Origin: a virus
Virus record (IMG/VR): IMGVR_UViG_3300045970_000382
Location: 92,224 to 156,223 of that record
Reading direction: 5' to 3' (one strand)
Length of the DNA stretch: 64,000 bases
The notes beneath the pieces are model-generated. The model was not told where the DNA came from, made no database searches, and worked only from the letters and a program-made list of their open reading frames with translations. How positions within the stretch are numbered: position 1 is the stretch's first letter; the number at the start of each line of letters is the position of its first letter. The translations under genes were made by a program, and so were the position numbers. Positions 1 through 11,067 of the stretch are shown here, piece after piece.

Positions 1-397
1 CTCTAGCATTTTCTAAGTTACCAGATTTTAATGCGCCAGCCGCTTCTATTATGGCTGTTTTCAATAACTGGGAGTTGATAAATTCTGTAATTTGAGATAA
101 GACATAAGTCTCGTTAACCGAATCTTGATTCTCAAATAAGGAATTTAAAGTAGAACTATAAACTCGTTCTGTTTTTGGATCATCAAGATGAGATTGTAAC
201 AGATCAGCAATATGATCCTTAGCTGGTTCTTTAAATTTTATATAGAATTCAATAGCCTGAATAGCAATAGTTTTATAAATTGTGTTATCCAAAAGTCCCG
301 GATCTAAAACATTGACTAAATATGGGGCAGCTGTATCTGAGAAGCAAAGTAAAACAAGTAGATTTTCTTGCAGCGAACCTGTTAAATTTTCATTCAT
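1..397 (-). CDS. N-terminal part of probable replicative (DnaB/gp41-like) helicase, runs off the window edge
   Basis: Open frame from ATG at 397 (MNENLTGSLQENLLVLLCFSD...) with no stop before position 1; lies in the replication operon; catalytic motifs not visible in the window. Confidence 0.45.
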   Translation of the reverse strand, partial: MNENLTGSLQENLLVLLCFSDTAAPYLVNVLDPGLLDNTIYKTIAIQAIEFYIKFKEPAKDHIADLLQSHLDDPKTERVYSSTLNSLFENQDSVNETYVLSQITEFINSQLLKTAIIEAAGALKSGNLENAR

Positions 398-400
398 AAT

Positions 401-1255
401 CTATCTAAACCACGAAAATGCTTCAGACATCTTATCTGTTACATGTATCCCTTGTGAGATAAGTAAACGATCTATTTTTGATTGAGAAGATTTGTGTTTT
501 AATAAAATATCTGAATCTAATTTATTAAATTCCATATTTGGATATGGTAGGGTTATTACTTTGTAAGCTAAATCAAAATGATCTTTGTAATCTCTTTTTG
601 TTTTAAAACTTAAATCAATATTAGATAATATTTTCCTAGCCCCTACATCACCAATTCCTTTTATACCTGGGAAACCATTATGCGTACCTACTAGTGAAGT
701 ATAATCAATCCAGTCTTTGGGTGACAGTGGATGATAATCTTTTTTGAACTCTTGTTGCCCATAAAGATAAGTTTTTGCACCCTTTCTTTTATAAATGTAA
801 AAATTGTTTTGATCTAAAATCTGGTATAGATCTGAATCATTAGATATGCAAATGATCTTATCAAAAACTTTTTCATATTTCTTTGTTAGTAGAGAGATCC
901 AGTCATCAGCTTCATATCCACGTTCTTTAATAATGGGAATATTCATTAATTCTAAAAGTTGAATACACAAGTCTTTGTTATAAGTTAGAGCTTCAAAGAA
1001 GGAGTTGCCATCTTCGTTTTTTCTACGATCTTTTTTATACTTTGCGTAAAAAGATTCCCTTAAATATGGTTTTCTATCATCTGTTACTATGATGTTGGTA
1101 GGTAGGGTAAAATTAATAACTGATGTAAGCATACCAATAAATCCGTATATGCCACCTGTGAGCTGTCCGTTGTAGGACAAATTCTTGTTAGCAGCAAGTC
1201 CTCTTATTAAAACATTATTAAAATCAATAAGTACAAGCGTTTTTTCATCTGTCAT
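401..1255 (-). CDS. 5'-3' exonuclease / flap endonuclease (T4 RNase H, T5 D15-like)
   Basis: LIDFNN, YEADD, SNDSDLYQ and helix-hairpin GIKGIG motifs. Confidence 0.9.
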   Translation of the reverse strand: MTDEKTLVLIDFNNVLIRGLAANKNLSYNGQLTGGIYGFIGMLTSVINFTLPTNIIVTDDRKPYLRESFYAKYKKDRRKNEDGNSFFEALTYNKDLCIQLLELMNIPIIKERGYEADDWISLLTKKYEKVFDKIICISNDSDLYQILDQNNFYIYKRKGAKTYLYGQQEFKKDYHPLSPKDWIDYTSLVGTHNGFPGIKGIGDVGARKILSNIDLSFKTKRDYKDHFDLAYKVITLPYPNMEFNKLDSDILLKHKSSQSKIDRLLISQGIHVTDKMSEAFSWFR

Positions 1256-2293
1256 TTATTCACCTTTAAAAAGTTTTAAACCTATATCAAGTAAACTACC
1301 TGATATTTTTTCAGTCTGTGCAAATTTTAATAATACATCTTTTGATGATAAAGATTTTATATTTGATTTTATATAATCCTTTATTTCATCCGATGCTTTT
1401 GTTTCAACTATTTTTTCCATACGGATATCGTGGAGTTCAATAGCATTATCTTTACAGTAATTAATAGTCTGTGCTTTTAATTCTGCCCACTTATGAATAA
1501 GATTTCTATCTAACAATAATGTTATTTTAACCTGATCTTCTTTTTTTAATTTCTTTAAGTCAACTAACAAATCATCAAAAGAATTAACTTCCTTTTTTAT
1601 ATGAGGTCTTTTTATTGTTTTAATATCTATAAATCTTAATTTACCATCTTCAATAACAGACATTCGTGGCTGGTAATCATCCCCGAATGACACGGGGTGC
1701 TGGGTGCCAGGATAATTTACTTTTCGTAATGTTTGAGGAACGTGAATATCACCACTTACTATCTTAGCTGATACATTTTTAAAAAAGTTTGGATCAAGAC
1801 CACAGTTGAGTTCATGAAAATTAGATACTTTTGATCCAATAATAGATTGGTGTATGAACAAAAATTTTAAATTTGGATCATTTATTATTGGTAGCCACTC
1901 TTCCCATTCAATTTCAGCAACTCTACTATGTGGAAGAAATAAAAACTGATCTCTTTTCCAATATGTTGGTTTATCTATAAATGTTATGTTTTCGTACTTG
2001 GATACGAAACGTAAGAAACAGTGATTTCGGTCTACTGTATAGTCGTGGTTGCCTCCCAGTATGGATATAGGGCAGTACTTGTCTCTAATTTCAAGGAACG
2101 AGTTGACAGTTCTATTAACCAACTGGGACTTATGCTTATCCTTCCTATCTAAAACATCCCCAAGGTGTAGGAAAAGATCATATCCACCTTTATCTAATTC
2201 AGCCTTAGCGAAATCAAATACCTTCCAACGATACTCATTACTTGGATTATCGTCGAGGTGCGTATCATTGATAATAAGAATTTTTCTAGTCAT
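1256..2293 (-). CDS. Mre11/SbcD-like metallophosphoesterase recombination nuclease
   Basis: DTH, GDVLD, GNHD, HQ and GDIH motifs. Confidence 0.9.
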   Translation of the reverse strand: MTRKILIINDTHLDDNPSNEYRWKVFDFAKAELDKGGYDLFLHLGDVLDRKDKHKSQLVNRTVNSFLEIRDKYCPISILGGNHDYTVDRNHCFLRFVSKYENITFIDKPTYWKRDQFLFLPHSRVAEIEWEEWLPIINDPNLKFLFIHQSIIGSKVSNFHELNCGLDPNFFKNVSAKIVSGDIHVPQTLRKVNYPGTQHPVSFGDDYQPRMSVIEDGKLRFIDIKTIKRPHIKKEVNSFDDLLVDLKKLKKEDQVKITLLLDRNLIHKWAELKAQTINYCKDNAIELHDIRMEKIVETKASDEIKDYIKSNIKSLSSKDVLLKFAQTEKISGSLLDIGLKLFKGE

Positions 2294-3029
2294 TAATATC
2301 CACCTTATAATTTATCATTGCTGATAGTATATCTGGATCTATTGTATCCTTAAATACATTTGCTAGTCTTTTAGCTTCAGCCTCTTTAGCGGCTTTATAA
2401 GCTAAATAAGCTTCTTGTTGTGTTTTAAAATAACCAAGATGTTCTTGTTTTCCTTTAATCCTGCAACTAGCCCTATATGGTGTTGATGTACCTTCATAAT
2501 AATTGACTCCAATACAACACTCACCTCTACTAGCATTACTTTTTTCTAAAAAATTATTCACTTCTTGTGGTACTAAACGACATGTTTCTGGTGAATAGAT
2601 TTTATTACCTTTAATAAGCCAATCTTTGTCCAGTTGGTAATTTAAATCAGAACCAAACATGAGTAAGTAATCATGAGCGAAGTTTTGAAAACACAACCAT
2701 CTTTCACAAACAGTACAATCTTTATAAGTAAGTTGTTTTTTCTGTGTAAATTCTGAATAACATCTTCGTAACATAGCAAGCCAACAATTATAAATTCTTA
2801 GATGCGACGTACAAGAATAATTTCCAATTCCAATAAATCCAATTCCATAAAATTTAAGACTTGGGTATTTAACATAACCATTTCTTAAAGCACCAGCTTC
2901 ACAAGTCGTTTCAGCCCCATCTTCAAATCTGACTCTTACATTGTGAGCATTTATATACTCTATAACAATGCAAGAGCCAGATTTGTTTGTTTTAAAGGCG
3001 TCACCAACTTTAATAGAAGGTAAAAGCAT
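2286..3029 (-). CDS. HNH-like/AP2 homing endonuclease, family copy 1
   Basis: W..ML.RCY, LDKD...YSPETC and C-terminal AP2-like (HLGYFKT..EA..AY) motifs shared with 8 paralogs. Confidence 0.8.
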   Translation of the reverse strand: MLLPSIKVGDAFKTNKSGSCIVIEYINAHNVRVRFEDGAETTCEAGALRNGYVKYPSLKFYGIGFIGIGNYSCTSHLRIYNCWLAMLRRCYSEFTQKKQLTYKDCTVCERWLCFQNFAHDYLLMFGSDLNYQLDKDWLIKGNKIYSPETCRLVPQEVNNFLEKSNASRGECCIGVNYYEGTSTPYRASCRIKGKQEHLGYFKTQQEAYLAYKAAKEAEAKRLANVFKDTIDPDILSAMINYKVDIND

Positions 3030-3898
3030 TAGGCATCTTCTTCTAGTTCTACTTCTGAGTGTGTCAATTTCTCTTCTTGTATTATGTCAAAAGTATCTCT
3101 GTCGTAATCACGGATTAATGATCTCTTACCATAAAAGATACTAGATATGAGACTGTCAGTTGATAATAACGAAGATGCTGTTTTGGATTCGTGTGTGGAG
3201 TAAGCTGTCAATATATTGTACAACGTCCATAAGTCACAAGGGAACAGATTTGGATCCAATAACGTTTCAAGTGTTTTGTCTGAAAACTTTTTCTCAAAGA
3301 GTTGGAGTGCTTCGTCGTAAGTGATTATGATTTCCCTCCAAGACATCCAAAGGTCATAAAGATATTTACTATCTTCTATTATTCTAGCTACCTTACCCTG
3401 TAGTGATGTTGGATTGAACCCTTCGTCAAGAAGCTGGCGGGAATTGAATCCAGCCACAGCCTGGCCGACTACAGCACCATTACTGCAAACTTGTCTGAAC
3501 ACACCTAACTGCAATTTAAATCCACTAGCATGAGCATAACTATTGTTGAGAAGTAAGTGAATTTTATTAGTGTCACCATTTCCTAAATCCACTTCAGGGA
3601 ATTGGTCAAGTGATATTTTAGCCCGTATAATAGCTCCTGATTTTATAGACGTCACTTCAATCTGTGGTTCAGCTCCAAACATCAAGTTTACACAATCACT
3701 TACAGTCTGCAACGCAGACTCGTGCCTAATCAGGAAGGATTTTGAACTGTGTATACCAAATAATAAGTCATGTTCTGAACTCAGAATTACCTTTTTCTCA
3801 TCGTATTCGTGGTGTTGTGCTAGTTCGGGGAATGCTTGTATATAAGGCAAGAATTCAACTTCACGCCTCCACAAATTGTTATTTTCAAGAATATTCAT
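3029..3898 (-). CDS. DUF932-like protein
   Basis: LLLNNSY...GVFRQVCSNG and LWTLYNILT motifs. Confidence 0.7.
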   Translation of the reverse strand: MNILENNNLWRREVEFLPYIQAFPELAQHHEYDEKKVILSSEHDLLFGIHSSKSFLIRHESALQTVSDCVNLMFGAEPQIEVTSIKSGAIIRAKISLDQFPEVDLGNGDTNKIHLLLNNSYAHASGFKLQLGVFRQVCSNGAVVGQAVAGFNSRQLLDEGFNPTSLQGKVARIIEDSKYLYDLWMSWREIIITYDEALQLFEKKFSDKTLETLLDPNLFPCDLWTLYNILTAYSTHESKTASSLLSTDSLISSIFYGKRSLIRDYDRDTFDIIQEEKLTHSEVELEEDA

Positions 3899-3963
3899 AA
3901 TAAAGATCTCTTTTTATTTTATTGGTTTTAAACGAGCTTGTATTATACAAAATATTAACTAAA

Positions 3964-4530
3964 TTAACAAGATGCTCTTTGACGTTTTTTAAAAATATAT
4001 TCAGGTTGGTTCTGTACCTTTTTTACATTAGCTTTACTTAAAAAGGTAGTTAAAGGCAGAAGATACAGATCTAAATAAAGAATATGGATTTCAACATCGT
4101 GGTGTAATTCAAAAATATCTATTCCATTTTTAGATAAACCTACTAAAATAGGTTTATTATTTTGACGGGCTATATATAAAGGGAGTTTATTATAGAACTC
4201 ACATTCTTTTAAAAGTTTATTCCAGTGCTCAATTATTCCACTCTTGCTTGTTCTAAAAATTAAACTTTCTAAATTTAGATTTTGATAATGCTTCACTTCT
4301 ATGTAAAACATATTGGTGAACTTATTACCTTCAAATGCGGCTGAAACAATATCTCCAGCTTGGCTGACAAAATTTTTACCTGTGTAAGATAGAACAGTGG
4401 CTCTACCGCCTGAATTTTGAGAACGAATCAGCACATCTTCACGTTTACCATTGGTTATCCAAAGTGATAGTTTTCGTGCAATTAGATTTTCCATCTGATT
4501 GCCCTTTTGTTTACTACCCCCTGAGCGCAT
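3964..4530 (-). CDS. Holliday junction resolvase (PD-(D/E)XK)
   Basis: N-terminal SKQKGNQME, SGG, GDI and IEVK motifs. Confidence 0.75.
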   Translation of the reverse strand: MRSGGSKQKGNQMENLIARKLSLWITNGKREDVLIRSQNSGGRATVLSYTGKNFVSQAGDIVSAAFEGNKFTNMFYIEVKHYQNLNLESLIFRTSKSGIIEHWNKLLKECEFYNKLPLYIARQNNKPILVGLSKNGIDIFELHHDVEIHILYLDLYLLPLTTFLSKANVKKVQNQPEYIFKKRQRASC

Positions 4531-4536
4531 GGTTCT

Positions 4537-5595
4537 TTAATACTTAGATGATTTTGGAAGGAAAGATTTTTCAATGTCTTGCCACAGGGTTACTATAGCA
4601 GAATTTAAAACAGTTCTAAGTTTTTTTGCTTCTTCTTTATCTTCCATTATTTTTTTGATACTTTTCAATTGAGCTGGAGTCAGTTTATCAGTGTCATTAA
4701 TTCCAATACCTAATTTTGCTGATACAGTATGTAATTCTTTACATGTTTCTAGAAAAGTTATTCCAGCTTCTATATCGTCAACTCCATAGCCAAAATATAC
4801 GGGATATTCGCAGGTACGAAAGGGTAGACCTATTTTATTTTTTTTACAATTGGCTTTTACCATGATACCTATAACACGATCTATACCTTTTATGGTCTTT
4901 TTTAATTTTTTTATCTCGGCTAACCATAGAATGTGTGTAGCATAAAAATCCATAGCTTTACCACCTGAACGTGTATATTTTTCACCAAAAGTCACACCTA
5001 TGTTTTCTCTAACTTGAGATATTATCATTAAGTGAATAGTGCTTTTTTCAAGTGGTTTAATTAAACGTCTAAACATTTCAGACATTTTCTTTTGTTTACC
5101 CATAGCGTATGTACCTTTATCAATTTCACGTTCTTTTTCAGAACGATCTGATAGAGCATCAAGTGAATCTACAATAAAAAGAGTAGGCACTTTTACTTTT
5201 AAAGTAATATCCATCAGATATTCGTGTAGAAATTCTACAGTATTATCTCCTTCACAATCTATAAAAGTTATGGAATCTACGGGCATACCGATAGCCTCAG
5301 CATAACCAAGATCAAAAGCTGCTTCTGCTTCTAAATAATACACTTGTCCATTAGAGTATTTATTTAAAAAATTAACACAAGCTTCTATAGCCAACAGAGT
5401 TTTTGAGCTAGATTTATCTCCAACAATATTAGACATTCGTCCTAATACCCAACCACCACCTAGAACACAATCTAATAACTGACAACCACTAGAAAACATT
5501 TCAATGCCTTCTTTATTAACTGTTGCAAAGTAATTAGATTTTTCTGGTAGAGTTATTGCAATAGTTGGTCTTGTTTTTTTAATTTCCTCAGACAT
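4537..5595 (-). CDS. recA: RecA/UvsX-like recombinase
   Basis: LDCVLGGG, Walker A GDKSSSKT, Walker B IVDS, ISQVR and SGGKAMDFYA. Confidence 0.92.
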   Translation of the reverse strand: MSEEIKKTRPTIAITLPEKSNYFATVNKEGIEMFSSGCQLLDCVLGGGWVLGRMSNIVGDKSSSKTLLAIEACVNFLNKYSNGQVYYLEAEAAFDLGYAEAIGMPVDSITFIDCEGDNTVEFLHEYLMDITLKVKVPTLFIVDSLDALSDRSEKEREIDKGTYAMGKQKKMSEMFRRLIKPLEKSTIHLMIISQVRENIGVTFGEKYTRSGGKAMDFYATHILWLAEIKKLKKTIKGIDRVIGIMVKANCKKNKIGLPFRTCEYPVYFGYGVDDIEAGITFLETCKELHTVSAKLGIGINDTDKLTPAQLKSIKKIMEDKEEAKKLRTVLNSAIVTLWQDIEKSFLPKSSKY

Positions 5596-5614
5596 AAATA
5601 ATTCCTAAGATAGG

Positions 5615-5641
5615 AAAAAGGGGCCTTTATTAGACCCCTTT
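5615..5641. terminator. Intrinsic terminator-like hairpin between the SSB and recA genes
   Basis: AAAAAGGGG...CCCCTTT inverted repeat. Confidence 0.55.
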
Positions 5642-5650
5642 GTGCGTATT

Positions 5651-6709
5651 TTATTTGTTGCGGTTACGGAGTCCTGCTAATCTGGAAGATGTTGATGGAG
5701 GTTTTGGTTTTTCTTCCTCTTCCTCTTCCTCTTCTTCTTGTTCTGGTTCAGGTTCCTTTATTACTGGTTTTTCAGGTTTAGCTCTTCCAGTTTTAGGTTT
5801 AAACATTTTTTTGAGTTCATCTGCAATATCAATAACCAAGTCATCCAGAGTTTCGTATTCACTGGGATCTATTTCAGAACCCATAGTTTCTATTACTTCT
5901 ATTAATTCATTTTCATCCATGTTTTGTAAATCTTTTTCAGTTAAAGATTCAAGATCAATTTTTTTAGCTTTCTTTTTCTCAGGAATTTCATTAGTTTTAA
6001 CTCCACTGGCAGGAGCTCCACTAAAAACAGCGGTCAGATAATCATAATCGTAGAAGATTAAATTTTCAGGTAATGAATTTTTACCGCTGATTTTGCTCCA
6101 TATTTCTTCTTCAAAATCTTCAATTGCAGAAGGTCGTCTAGCAACTTTAATTGCATATTTGGTAGTCAATGAAGTTCCTTCTCTGACAACATCCAAATCA
6201 TAACCTTCTTCAGGACAATCTACGGGTAATACTTCTCGTGTATCATCATCAACGGCTTGCATCATAATAGTTTTATCTAATGATGCGGGCATTGACCAAG
6301 CTTTTAAAACAGGTTTGGATTTGCCTTCCCGAACTAAAATATAGACCAGTACACGGCTAGCAGGTTTTAATGTTTTAGCATAATCAGGATCGTCAACAGC
6401 TACACGTTGTCTTTCCTCACAGATTGGGCAACGTAATTTGGTTTCTCCAGTATGAGGATTAACTGTATTGAAAGGACAGATGTAGGCATCATTATTTGGC
6501 CCTACTTGATAGTGGACGAAAATTCGGTAGCCATAATGATCTGCATTTTCCCAACCTGGAGGTAAAATTCTTACACGATTTGTTCCTTCCGCTGGTTTGA
6601 ATAAGGGTATGCTTGCAGTTAGATAACCGTCACGAATACCACTGTCTGCTTCACTGATCTGTGATTTGGTTTCTTCGTAGGTACGTTTTCTGTATGTAAA
6701 TTTAGCCAT
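5651..6709 (-). CDS. gp32-like single-stranded DNA-binding protein
   Basis: NRVRILPP, H..C..CPIC zinc ligands, EGYDL, acidic C-terminal region. Confidence 0.75.
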   Translation of the reverse strand: MAKFTYRKRTYEETKSQISEADSGIRDGYLTASIPLFKPAEGTNRVRILPPGWENADHYGYRIFVHYQVGPNNDAYICPFNTVNPHTGETKLRCPICEERQRVAVDDPDYAKTLKPASRVLVYILVREGKSKPVLKAWSMPASLDKTIMMQAVDDDTREVLPVDCPEEGYDLDVVREGTSLTTKYAIKVARRPSAIEDFEEEIWSKISGKNSLPENLIFYDYDYLTAVFSGAPASGVKTNEIPEKKKAKKIDLESLTEKDLQNMDENELIEVIETMGSEIDPSEYETLDDLVIDIADELKKMFKPKTGRAKPEKPVIKEPEPEQEEEEEEEEEKPKPPSTSSRLAGLRNRNK

Positions 6710-6822
6710 TGTAATTACCTTCTATTGTTTAGATTTAATTGATTATGTGTCGGTATGCGTTTTGGATTGCGTTTGACAGTTTATATACTATATTCTTTTT
6801 ATTTTCTCCTATTAGTTAAAAA

Positions 6823-7323
6823 TTATTCTGCTTTTCTACGGGTGCGGAGTTTGGATTTGTTTTTTTCATATTCTAGATCTGAAACTTTGTTTTCAGCAGT
6901 TTTTATGTTAGTAGATGTATAATATCCAGCTATAAAAAGATTACACAATTCTTTTAATAAAAAGCCTTTAGATTGAAACCCCTCTTTTAGTGCAGACCAT
7001 TCATCTGCTTCTTTTTTAGTATCAAGGTAGTATTTTTGGGCTAAAATATATTTCTCATCACTTTTGACCAATTGATCTATTAAAGCTTCAGTCATCTTAA
7101 TGGCTTTATCTTTTAAACATTCTTGTCTAATAGATAAAGATACTTCAGAATAAGATCGTTCAAGGTCATATTTTGCTGATTCCTTGTAATTTGATTTTAT
7201 AGCGGATATTTGAGCTACCTGAAAGAACAGCTCAGCTTGCTGAGATACCTCGGTATTGAGATCATTTTCATTAATAATTAATCTTTCTCTAAAAATTTCT
7301 AATTCTGCATTAGTTATCTTCAT
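6823..7323 (-). CDS. UvsY-like recombination mediator
   Basis: Helical protein with MTEALID motif, next to the SSB and recA genes. Confidence 0.5.
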   Translation of the reverse strand: MKITNAELEIFRERLIINENDLNTEVSQQAELFFQVAQISAIKSNYKESAKYDLERSYSEVSLSIRQECLKDKAIKMTEALIDQLVKSDEKYILAQKYYLDTKKEADEWSALKEGFQSKGFLLKELCNLFIAGYYTSTNIKTAENKVSDLEYEKNKSKLRTRRKAE

Positions 7324-8252
7324 AATAATAATTTTCCTAAAGCGAGTAAAAGTGGAGCCATTTTTTCAGATTGTCTAAATGGTTCAGAAAAAGCTTCAAC
7401 TATTGCAAGGACTTCTTCAGCTTGTTTTTGAGTCTTAGTTGATAAAAGGACTTTACTCATGTATGCTAAGATTACTAAACGAATTGATTCTGGATTATTT
7501 TCTGTTAGTTTTTTTATTATTTGAAGTACATCAATGTAACTGATTCCTTTTAATAAAGCTCTACACAGCTCGATAGTCTCCCCTTCTTCTGTATCAGGTT
7601 CTTGTAATACTAATCTAATTTCACTTATTTCAGTAAGACCACGACATTTTGAAAGCATTGTTAATGCTCTACGAGGTGATCCATAACAGGAATTAGCAAT
7701 AACAGATAAACCTTTTTCAGGTATATCAAGTTTTTCTTCTGAGTTTACAAGATCTATTAAATCAAAAATATCGTCTGCACTTACATCTGCTAAAGCATAA
7801 ACATGACATCGTGTTTTAATATTATCAGGAACTTTATCTGATTCAGTTGTACAAAACATAAAGTAAACATGCTTTGGCGGTTCTTCAATTATCTTTAGTA
7901 ATGATGCCCATGCAGGTTTGCTACAGAAATGGACTTCATCAAGTATAATTACTTTTACGGGGCTTATGCCAAAGGCCGAATATTGAAGGTTCTCTTGTAA
8001 ACTTCGCATAAAGTCTATGCCATTGTTTGAAGCGGCATCAATTTCTAAGATATTAGCAGCATCCGCACCCAATTTATGAGCAACAATACGTGCAAGGCTG
8101 GTTTTGCCGACTCCAGTACCTCCAACAAAAAGTAGAGCATGAGGCCATGCTTTTTTTCTTTCCAATTCTTTGAGTGATTTTATAACATGATCCTGACCAA
8201 TCACTTCGTCAAGATCTTGTGGTCTATAAGCTACGTGAAAATCAAGATTCAT
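7320..8252 (-). CDS. dnaX: DNA polymerase III gamma/tau-like clamp loader
   Basis: YRPQDLDEVIGQ, GVGKTS, EIDAASNNG, DEVH, IEEPP and TRC motifs. Confidence 0.92.
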   Translation of the reverse strand: MNLDFHVAYRPQDLDEVIGQDHVIKSLKELERKKAWPHALLFVGGTGVGKTSLARIVAHKLGADAANILEIDAASNNGIDFMRSLQENLQYSAFGISPVKVIILDEVHFCSKPAWASLLKIIEEPPKHVYFMFCTTESDKVPDNIKTRCHVYALADVSADDIFDLIDLVNSEEKLDIPEKGLSVIANSCYGSPRRALTMLSKCRGLTEISEIRLVLQEPDTEEGETIELCRALLKGISYIDVLQIIKKLTENNPESIRLVILAYMSKVLLSTKTQKQAEEVLAIVEAFSEPFRQSEKMAPLLLALGKLLL

Positions 8253-8498
8253 TTTTTCTCCTCTTTTTATTCTTTATACCCGCTTTAAATCCATTCACAA
8301 ATCCATGTAAATAATTTAGTAATTCTTCTTCATCTTTATTGAGATGATTTATTCCATCTCTTAGCGAGTCTTCAGTCTTTTCATGTAGAGCTTCAAGTGC
8401 TTTGATGACATTAAGTGTCTCATTCATAAAGATGGTATTATGGTTATTTTTGAAGCTATATTATACAAAATATAAAGTAATAATGCAAGGCTATTTTT

Positions 8499-11066
8499 TT
8501 ATAAATATTCACGATAAAAATCGTAATTTTCGTGTAATTTAGTAGGTACAGAACAAAACTCAGTAGAAGTAAAAACATCAATCTGCTCCTGTTCATACCA
8601 ATTTTTTCCATAACTCATTTCGCAAGTTAAAGGTATATTTAACCATGGGTAGGAAGAAGTATCTAGCATTAACTCTGCAACCAATAAACATGATTCTTCT
8701 AATTTAGAATCTTCAACATAGCATGTTAAATCATCATGGATCATCATAACTATTTCTAGTCCAGAATCACACAATTTATTCATAGCATTAACACAAAGTC
8801 TAGCAGCTAGACTTTGTATTGGAGTGTTAATTATTTCATTGAATGATAGAGGCCCATGTCTACGATGACCTAACATACTTTCAACATAACCATATTTTTT
8901 ATAAAATCCAACTAACCAGTTCTGCCATTTTTTTATACCATGAAAAACTTCCCAAAATTCTTCATTAATAGGTATTAAAATATCTATAGGTATATTTAAA
9001 CCTTTAGCAATATTATAAACAGATGCTCCATAAAATTGTGGGAAAGTCCATTGGTTTTTAATTTCGTTACGAAACTTCTTAATGGCTTTGGGATCATTTA
9101 AAAATTCTATACCTCCTACTGCTTGTGGATATGCTTTGGCAATTTTTTTGCACCATTCTAAATGCACATCATAATCTTCCCAAACCATTTTACAAAAGAC
9201 AGGATCTTGGGATGCTACAGCAATAAGACGTGCTTCAATTTGACCATAATCTGCACAGACCATCCAATGCTCTTCTGGTGCTTTTATGATACGTCTAATT
9301 TCTTTACCTTTACGATTTGGGAAGTTTTGGAGATTTGGGTTTTGAGAAGAAATCCGACCTGTACTAGTAAATAGATGACTAAATTGAGTATGAATCTTTT
9401 TATCTATAGTGTCACTGTGCTTAAAAATAGGATCAATATAAGTGCCTTTCTTTTTAGTTAATGTTCTATTTTCAAGTAACAGTTTTCCAATTGGATGTGT
9501 TATTCTTGCTAAGACGGATTCATCTGCTGACTCTTTTCCTATAAAGAATGATTTATCAAGATTACAGAAATTTTTAATAAAGACTAATACTTGGGCGGGA
9601 GAATCATAGTTAAATACTTTATATCTAGTTTCGTACTTCTTAACGTCAGGCAGTTCTTTTATTTGATTATGAATCTTATCTAATTTTTCACTAAGATCAT
9701 TAAAGATTTCTAAAGTGGCTTCTTCATCAGGAACAACTCCGTTAATTTGTGTAAGTACTAGAGTAGCACTTGATCTTTTTAGATCATTGTAAGGTTTTAA
9801 CATTCCTATTTCTTTTAGAATCTCAAGCTGTTTTTTATATAGCGAGTAAGTCCATTTAACATCTAGACCATTATAAGGAAGTATTTGTTTTAAAGAGTGT
9901 TTTTCTAAATCAGTTCTATCTAAATTTGATATAATCTTTAAATTGAATCCAAAGTATTGTCTTATCAAAAAATCTAATGAATGAGTCCGCATCAACTCAT
10001 TGATGCAGTAAGCCTGTGCCTGAGAACATTCCCATTTGTTCCAATCTTTTAATATCTCCTTACCGAAAATTACTCCAAGCCACTCTTGCTCGAACTTACT
10101 ATTATGGGCCACTAGTTTTTTAACATTTAAGAAAAACTCTTTAAGACGGTTATGTAAAGATTTAAATTGCTTGCTATTCCAAGTTCCTTCTCTGTACTGA
10201 TAAGGGAATGCAACGGTATGTTCAAATGTCCCAATAGATATGGAAAGTATTCTTGAATCCGGTTGGTAAGGACTCAATTGATTCGTTTCAATATCTAACG
10301 AAACTATATCTAGCTTTTCAAAATTATCTAGCCACTTAAACACGGTTTTAAGATTTTCATCTGTGGGAAGTTCAACCCATTCAATACCCAAAGTTAATTC
10401 TGATTTTTTAGGTATCCATGGAGGATTGTAAGAATTTAAAAAATTATCTAATTCATCAATATGACTTTGAAAATATCCATCCCATTCACTTGTTTGGGTG
10501 TATGAACTACCATCTTTCTTTCTTCTTTCCCTATGCTTGCTCATTATAAAAGCTGGATCATGGATTGGATATAGCCAACATCCATATGTGTCTATTTTTA
10601 CAGGAATAAACTTACCGGCATATAATCTTTCTCCACCTTCTAATCCAAACCAAACTAAGGCAGAAGTCCCTACAGCTATAATTATTTTAGGTCTGGATTC
10701 AAGAATATCTTTCTCTATTCGTAATCTACAACATGTTAGTTCTAATTCGTTTTCATCTTTCTTAGAATAGCAATTGAGTATAGAATTAAAACGCGATCTA
10801 TCAAAAACATCTTGTGTTAGTTTTTCTAGAAGAAACTCTATTGAATCTCCTTCTAAGTAGGATCCTATTTCATCTTGAATCCGTGTCATCTTAGGAAGTA
10901 AAAAATAAAAATCTGGATTTTTCACACCTTCAGCATCTAGTTTAGGAGACTTTAATTTAGCTCTATTCAGAGGACAAATTTTACATCCAAGTGCTCTAGC
11001 AGAATGGATCGGCATCTTTTTCGAGATGGTTTTGTTGTTTTTGGTATCATCAAAAAAAAAGGACAC
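8499..11066 (-). CDS. polA: Family A DNA polymerase with N-terminal family-4 uracil-DNA-glycosylase-like domain and 3'-5' exonuclease
   Basis: CKICPL...NC...CC/HDPA UDG4 features; DIET, HNSKFE and YNGLD exonuclease motifs; DYGQIEAR, R...K...YG and IHDD polymerase motifs. Likely start is GTG at 11066 after GGAG (ORF track start 11084 overlaps the upstream gene). Confidence 0.92.
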   Translation of the reverse strand: MSFFFDDTKNNKTISKKMPIHSARALGCKICPLNRAKLKSPKLDAEGVKNPDFYFLLPKMTRIQDEIGSYLEGDSIEFLLEKLTQDVFDRSRFNSILNCYSKKDENELELTCCRLRIEKDILESRPKIIIAVGTSALVWFGLEGGERLYAGKFIPVKIDTYGCWLYPIHDPAFIMSKHRERRKKDGSSYTQTSEWDGYFQSHIDELDNFLNSYNPPWIPKKSELTLGIEWVELPTDENLKTVFKWLDNFEKLDIVSLDIETNQLSPYQPDSRILSISIGTFEHTVAFPYQYREGTWNSKQFKSLHNRLKEFFLNVKKLVAHNSKFEQEWLGVIFGKEILKDWNKWECSQAQAYCINELMRTHSLDFLIRQYFGFNLKIISNLDRTDLEKHSLKQILPYNGLDVKWTYSLYKKQLEILKEIGMLKPYNDLKRSSATLVLTQINGVVPDEEATLEIFNDLSEKLDKIHNQIKELPDVKKYETRYKVFNYDSPAQVLVFIKNFCNLDKSFFIGKESADESVLARITHPIGKLLLENRTLTKKKGTYIDPIFKHSDTIDKKIHTQFSHLFTSTGRISSQNPNLQNFPNRKGKEIRRIIKAPEEHWMVCADYGQIEARLIAVASQDPVFCKMVWEDYDVHLEWCKKIAKAYPQAVGGIEFLNDPKAIKKFRNEIKNQWTFPQFYGASVYNIAKGLNIPIDILIPINEEFWEVFHGIKKWQNWLVGFYKKYGYVESMLGHRRHGPLSFNEIINTPIQSLAARLCVNAMNKLCDSGLEIVMMIHDDLTCYVEDSKLEESCLLVAELMLDTSSYPWLNIPLTCEMSYGKNWYEQEQIDVFTSTEFCSVPTKLHENYDFYREYL

Positions 11067-11067
11067 T

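Noticed and set aside
5640-6041. 133-aa plus-strand poly-Ser ORF and similar short antisense ORFs (e.g. 11899-12276, 3570-3845)
   Set aside because: They lie fully antisense to well-supported genes and have no motifs or RBS
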